The notes under the pieces were generated by a model that worked only from the letters and a program-made list of their open reading frames with translations, was not told where the DNA came from and made no database searches. Shown here in pieces: positions 59,289 to 64,000 of a stretch of DNA of 64,000 nucleotides. This DNA comes from Hypanus sabinus (lineage: Eukaryota). A program made the translations under genes and the position numbers. Position 1 is the stretch's first letter. Every line of letters starts with the position of its first letter. The DNA is taken from the NCBI RefSeq assembly GCF_030144855.1, contig NC_082722.1:1674001-1738000 (forward strand), written 5' to 3'.

Positions 59289-62200
59289 GAACCGTTGTTG
59301 TTGATCACCTCGAACGGCTCCTCGTACGGCCGCTGTAGTGGTGCCCGGTGTCCGTCCCTTCGTACAAACACAAACTTAAGTTCTCCAGATCTTTGGGTAC
59401 ATGGGTCGGGGTGCGTCCGTGCTGTGAAGTCGGTACGGGGGCCAGATTGCCGAGCCTTTCGCGTGGTCTGTCCAGGACTGCTGTGGGTTCTTCCTCTTGC
59501 CCCCTTGGGGCTGGTATGAACTCTCCCGGGATGGCCAGTGGTGCGCCGTACACCACCTCGGCCGACGAGGCGTGCAGATCCTCTTTGGGCGCTGTGCGAA
59601 TTCCAAGCAGGACCCAGGGAAGCTCGTCCACCCAGTTAGGTCCTCTCAGGCGGGCCATGAGAGCCGACTTCAAGTGACGGTGGAAACGCTCCACCAGTCC
59701 GTTTGACTGTGCGTGGTAGGCAGTTGTGTGGTGTAGCTGCGTTCCCAACAGGCTGGCCGCAGCCGACCACAGGCTGGAGGTGAACTGGGCGCCTCTGTCG
59801 GAGGTAATGTGGGCAGGTACCCCAAAGCGTGCTACCCAGGTTGCAGTCAGTGCTCGGGCGCAGGAATCGGCAGATGTGTCGGTGAGCGGGACCGCCCCTG
59901 GCCACCTCGCGAACCGGTCTACCACCGTTAGGAGGTACTGCACTCCTCGGGACACTGGTAGGGGGCCCAGGATATCCACATGAATGTGGTCGAACCTCCG
60001 GTGGGTGGGTTGGAACTGCTGTGGCGGGGCTTTAGTGTGCCGCTGCACCTTGGCTGTTTGGCACTGCGCGCATATTCTGGCCCATTCACTGACCTGCTTG
60101 CGAAGTCCGTGCCACGCGAACTTGCTGGAGACCAGCTGGACGGTTGTCCTGATACATGGGTGTGCCAAACCGCGTATGGAGTCAAAAACTCGCCGCCTCC
60201 ATGCTGCCGGGACGATGGGGCGAGGTTGGCCGGTAGCCACGTCGCACAGGAGGGTCCTCTCACCTGGGCCTACGAGAAAGTCTTGCAGCTGCACACCCGA
60301 GAGTGTGGTCCTGTAGTTGGGCATCTCGTCGTCTGCCTGCTGCGCCTCCGCCAGTGCTGCATAGTCCACACCCAGGGACAGGGCCTGGACAGCTGGTCTG
60401 GAGAGTGCGTCCGCTACGACGTTGTTCTTTCCCGAGACATGCTGGATGTCCGTCGTGTACTCGGAGATGTAGGACAGACGTCGCTGCTGGCGAGCCGACC
60501 AGGGATCGGACACTTTGTGGTCCGTGAACGCGGCGAACGGCCTGCCTTCTATGAAGGACCTGAAATGCCGGATTGCCAGATACAGTGCCAACAGCTCCCG
60601 GTCGAAAGCACTGTACTTGAGTTCGGGTGGTCGTAGGTGCTTGCTGAAGAACGCCAGGGGTTGCCAGCGCCCCTCGATGAGCTGCTCCAGCACCCCACCG
60701 ACTGCTGTGTCGGATGCATCCACCGTGAGGGCGGTCGGAACGTCTGTTCTGGGGTGCACCAGCATCGCGGCATCTGCCAAGGCTTCCTTGGCTTTAATGA
60801 AAGCGGCCACGGCCTCCTCGTACCAAGTAATGACCTTGTCTTTACCCGACATCAGGGTGTGCAAAGGGAGCATGATACGGGCTGCTGAGGGGAGGAAACG
60901 GTGGGTGATGTTCACCATACCAACGAACTCCTGCAGGCCTTTGACCATGTTGGGCCGGGCAAAGTGGCGGATCGGATCTACCTTGGCGGGCAGAGGTGTT
61001 GCTCCGTCTTTGGTAATCCTGTGGCCCAGGAAGTCGATGGTATCGAGACCGGACTGGCATTTGGCCCGGTTGATCTTGAGGCCGAAATCACGCAGGCGGG
61101 AGTAGACCTGGCGGAGGTGGGACAGATGCTCCTGACGTCTGCTGCTGGCTATAAGGATGTCATCCAGATAGATGAACGCAAAGTCCAGGTCGCGTCCCAC
61201 CGCATCCATTAGCCGCAGGAACGTCTGTGCAGCATTCTTCAGGCCGAACGGCATTCAGAGGAATTCGACCAGGCCGAATGGGGTGAGGAGTGCTGTTTTG
61301 GGGATGTCTTCAGCGTGCACCGGGATTTGATGGTACCCGCGGACGAGGTCTACCATGGAAAAGATTCTTGCCCCGTGCAGGTTTGCTGCAAAGTCCTGTA
61401 TGTGCGGCACGGGGTAGCGGTCTGGAGTTGTAGCCTCGTTCAGTCTGCGGTAGTCGTTGCATAGTCTCCAACCCCCGGCTGCTTTGGGCACCATGTGCAG
61501 GGGGCAGGCCCATGGGCTGTCGGACCTCCGTACGACCCCCAATTCCTCCATCCTCTTGAACTCCTCCTTCGCTAGGCGGAGCTTTTCCGGGGGGGGGGGG
61601 TAGCCTTCGTGCGCAGGCGTAGAGATGTGGTCCCTGGGTCGGGATGTGGTGCTGAACCCCGTGTCTGGGCATGGCTGCCGTGAACTGCGGTGCCAGAAAC
61701 GATGGAAAGTCCTGCAGGATTCTGGTGAATTCGTTGTCTGACAGCGTGATGGAGTCCAGGTGTGGGGCAGGCATCTTGGCTTCACCCAGGGAGAACGTCT
61801 GGAAAGTCTCGGCATGTACCAGTCTTTTCCCTTGCAAGTCGACCAGCAGGCTGTGAGCTCGCAAGAAGTCCGCTCCCAGGGGTGGCTGGGCCACGTCGGC
61901 GAGTGTGAAGTCCCACGTCAACCGGCTGGCGCCGAACTGCAGCTGCACTCTACGGGTGTCGTAGGTCCGTATCGTGCTGCCGTTTGCGGCCCTCTCGGTG
62001 GATCCTGGCTTCCCGTTTCGGGTGTCGTATCCCGTTGGGGGCAAGAGGCTGATTTCCGCTCCGGTGTCGACCAAGAAGCGGCGTCCGGACTGTTTGCCCC
62101 AGACGTACAAGAGCCTGTCTTGGTGGCCGGCCGCCATAGTCATTAGCGGCAGCTGGCCCTGGCCCTGGCCCTTGCAGAGCGGGCGACAACGGCGGGCTTC

Positions 62201-63086
62201 TGTGCCCCATCGCTGGTGGTAGAAACACCACTGTCCACTGTCCTCCTGACTCCTTCCTCTGTGTTGTGTGCGCCCCCCTGCCGGGCCTGGTCTGGTCCGC
62301 TGTTGGGCGTGTGGCCTGGTAATCTGACCGACGGACGCCACGCACTCCCTCCTGGCATTCCATAGCACGTCTGCCCGGGCCGCCACCTTCCAGGGGTCGC
62401 TGAAATCTGCGTCGGCCAGCAGCAGATGTATGTCCTCAGGCAGTTGCTCTCGGAACGCTTGCTCGAACATGAGGCAGGGCTTGTGTCCGTCAGCCAGGGC
62501 CAGCATCTCGTTCGTCAATGCTGATAGCAGTCTGTCTCCCAAACCGTCCAGGTGAAGCAGGCGGGCACCCCGCTCACGCCATGAGAGGCCAAAGGTCCCA
62601 ATGAGCAGCGCCTTGAATGCTTCATATTTGCCTTCTTCCGGGGGTGACTGCATGAAATCCGCAACCTGGGCGGCCGTCTCCTGGTCAAGGGCGCTCACCA
62701 CGTGGTAGTAGCGCGTGGAATCAGAGGATATCTGCCGAATCTGGAACTGGGCTTCTGCTTGGCTAAACCACACGGGTGGTCGCAGCGTCCAGAATGTCGG
62801 CAGTTCTAGCGAAACTGCGTGAACAGATGAAGAGTCGGTCATCTTTGGTCCAAATCCCGTTTGGACCGTCGGGGTTACCGATGTAGCGATGTACTGCACA
62901 CAGAGCCAGAGACAACGACACACATTCGGTAAGTCGTTTCGATACTAGTTTATTCAAACTTCGCGGCGCTGGCATTTAATCTCCAGCGCCCGCCCTCTCC
63001 GGGCGGAAATGACTTCAGAGGTGCATTACCAACGTCTCTCCCCGCACGCTGGCTATTTGTGAGCCGGTTCTCCTGCGCCGAAAGTG
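59289..63086 (-). mobile_element. CsRn1-like Ty3/Gypsy LTR retrotransposon, young, 3'-truncated
   Basis: Gag LELPTFW...WFSQAEAQF with CHCC motif CFYHQRWGTEARRCRPLC; protease LVDTGAEIS; RT YLDDIL; RH VDAS/TDHK; integrase HIHVDILGP/SDRGAQF/NGLVERFH. One frameshift at the G run near 61590 and one TGA at 61255-61257. PBS resembles tRNA-Trp (ggtaaccccgacg) next to the LTR. Confidence 0.9.
62882..63086 (-). repeat. 5' LTR of the CsRn1-like element (205 bp)
   Basis: TGTAGCGA...TCGCCACA termini (inverted, 1 mismatch), directly adjacent to the PBS. Confidence 0.82.
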
Positions 63087-63507
63087 GGTCGCCACAGTAT
63101 ATTCTTTAGTTGTTTTAGTTTTCCTGAAATATCAAAACAGAAATTTAATCAAACGACGCCGGACACTTGGCGTTTCTCATTATTTTAGTTGCTGAACTGA
63201 TCAATAATATATACGTCTTTTTATATACAATAGTACAAGGCAGCAAATTGTCAGTACGGTAATATTTCAGACCTGTTTAAAGTGAAATATCTAAATGAAA
63301 TGCAGAACCTGATTATTTGGAGAGGACTGGTTCATATTAATTTGCTGAGCACGTAATATCTGAGGAAAACAGATGCCGGACCTATGGAAAAGAACATATG
63401 TGCATGTTGTCCGGTATTTCGAAAACGTGTCTCATTTACATGATTAACTTCCATTGATGGTCATACATTTCCATAGCAAAGCAAAGCAAACTCTCTCTCT
63501 CCCCCCC

Positions 63508-63757
63508 NNNNNNNNNNNNNNNNNNNNNNNNNNNNNNNNNNNNNNNNNNNNNNNNNNNNNNNNNNNNNNNNNNNNNNNNNNNNNNNNNNNNNNNNNNNNN
63601 NNNNNNNNNNNNNNNNNNNNNNNNNNNNNNNNNNNNNNNNNNNNNNNNNNNNNNNNNNNNNNNNNNNNNNNNNNNNNNNNNNNNNNNNNNNNNNNNNNNN
63701 NNNNNNNNNNNNNNNNNNNNNNNNNNNNNNNNNNNNNNNNNNNNNNNNNNNNNNNNN
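63508..63757. other. Assembly gap (250 N)
   Basis: Run of N. Confidence 1.
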
Positions 63758-64000
63758 TTGAAATGGAACTCTCTTGATTAAATACATTATACAGTGTCCT
63801 GTCAAAGATTGCTATCTATTTTAGTGTCAGCGACATTTCCTCATACAAATATAAGACGATAAAATTAGACTCACGTTTTGCCAGACCTGTGAATGTGTGT
63901 GTACGCACGCTTTTCGGATAGGCTTGGAGTACATGGATTAATCTGACATTCAGACGTAGTGTATTTTGGCAAATCTAATTCCGCGCCAGCTTCTAACTCG

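Noticed and set aside
59348-62363. Many long overlapping + strand and alternate-frame ORFs
   Set aside because: Shadow ORFs of GC-rich Gypsy gag-pol.
63170-63300. ttattttag|ttgctgaa resembling the V-exon acceptor (start of a paralogue?)
   Set aside because: Translation hits a stop after about 32 codons with no V-domain motif.

Overview
Vertebrate genomic DNA, most likely a cartilaginous fish (ray/shark-type CR1, Rex1-type LINE, V-SINE and palindromic repeats; taxon is inferred). It has two N gaps (25128-25257, 63508-63757). Most of the window is transposon-derived. One host gene can be assembled by hand on the + strand from 7 phase-compatible GT-AG exons (11859-29358, 1095 nt CDS, 364 aa): leader, germline-joined VJ-type Ig V domain, C1-set Ig domain, uncharged TM, and three cytoplasmic exons carrying four tyrosines. 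Two of these are canonical ITIMs, and their spacing resembles SIRP-alpha. It looks like a non-rearranging, antigen-receptor-like V-C1 inhibitory receptor. The ORF track misses the leader and two of the tail exons. The rest includes: a Gmr1-like LTR retrotransposon (integrase before RT, both LTRs, tRNA-Pro PBS, CCAC TSD) inserted in an old CR1 and carrying three younger insertions; a young CsRn1-like Gypsy element; a Chapaev-like transposase remnant; L1, Tc1 and SINE copies; five palindromic short elements whose arms carry a minimal hammerhead-ribozyme motif; an inverted telomere-repeat insert; and an unexplained 38-bp hairpin. No prokaryotic system or CRISPR array was seen.
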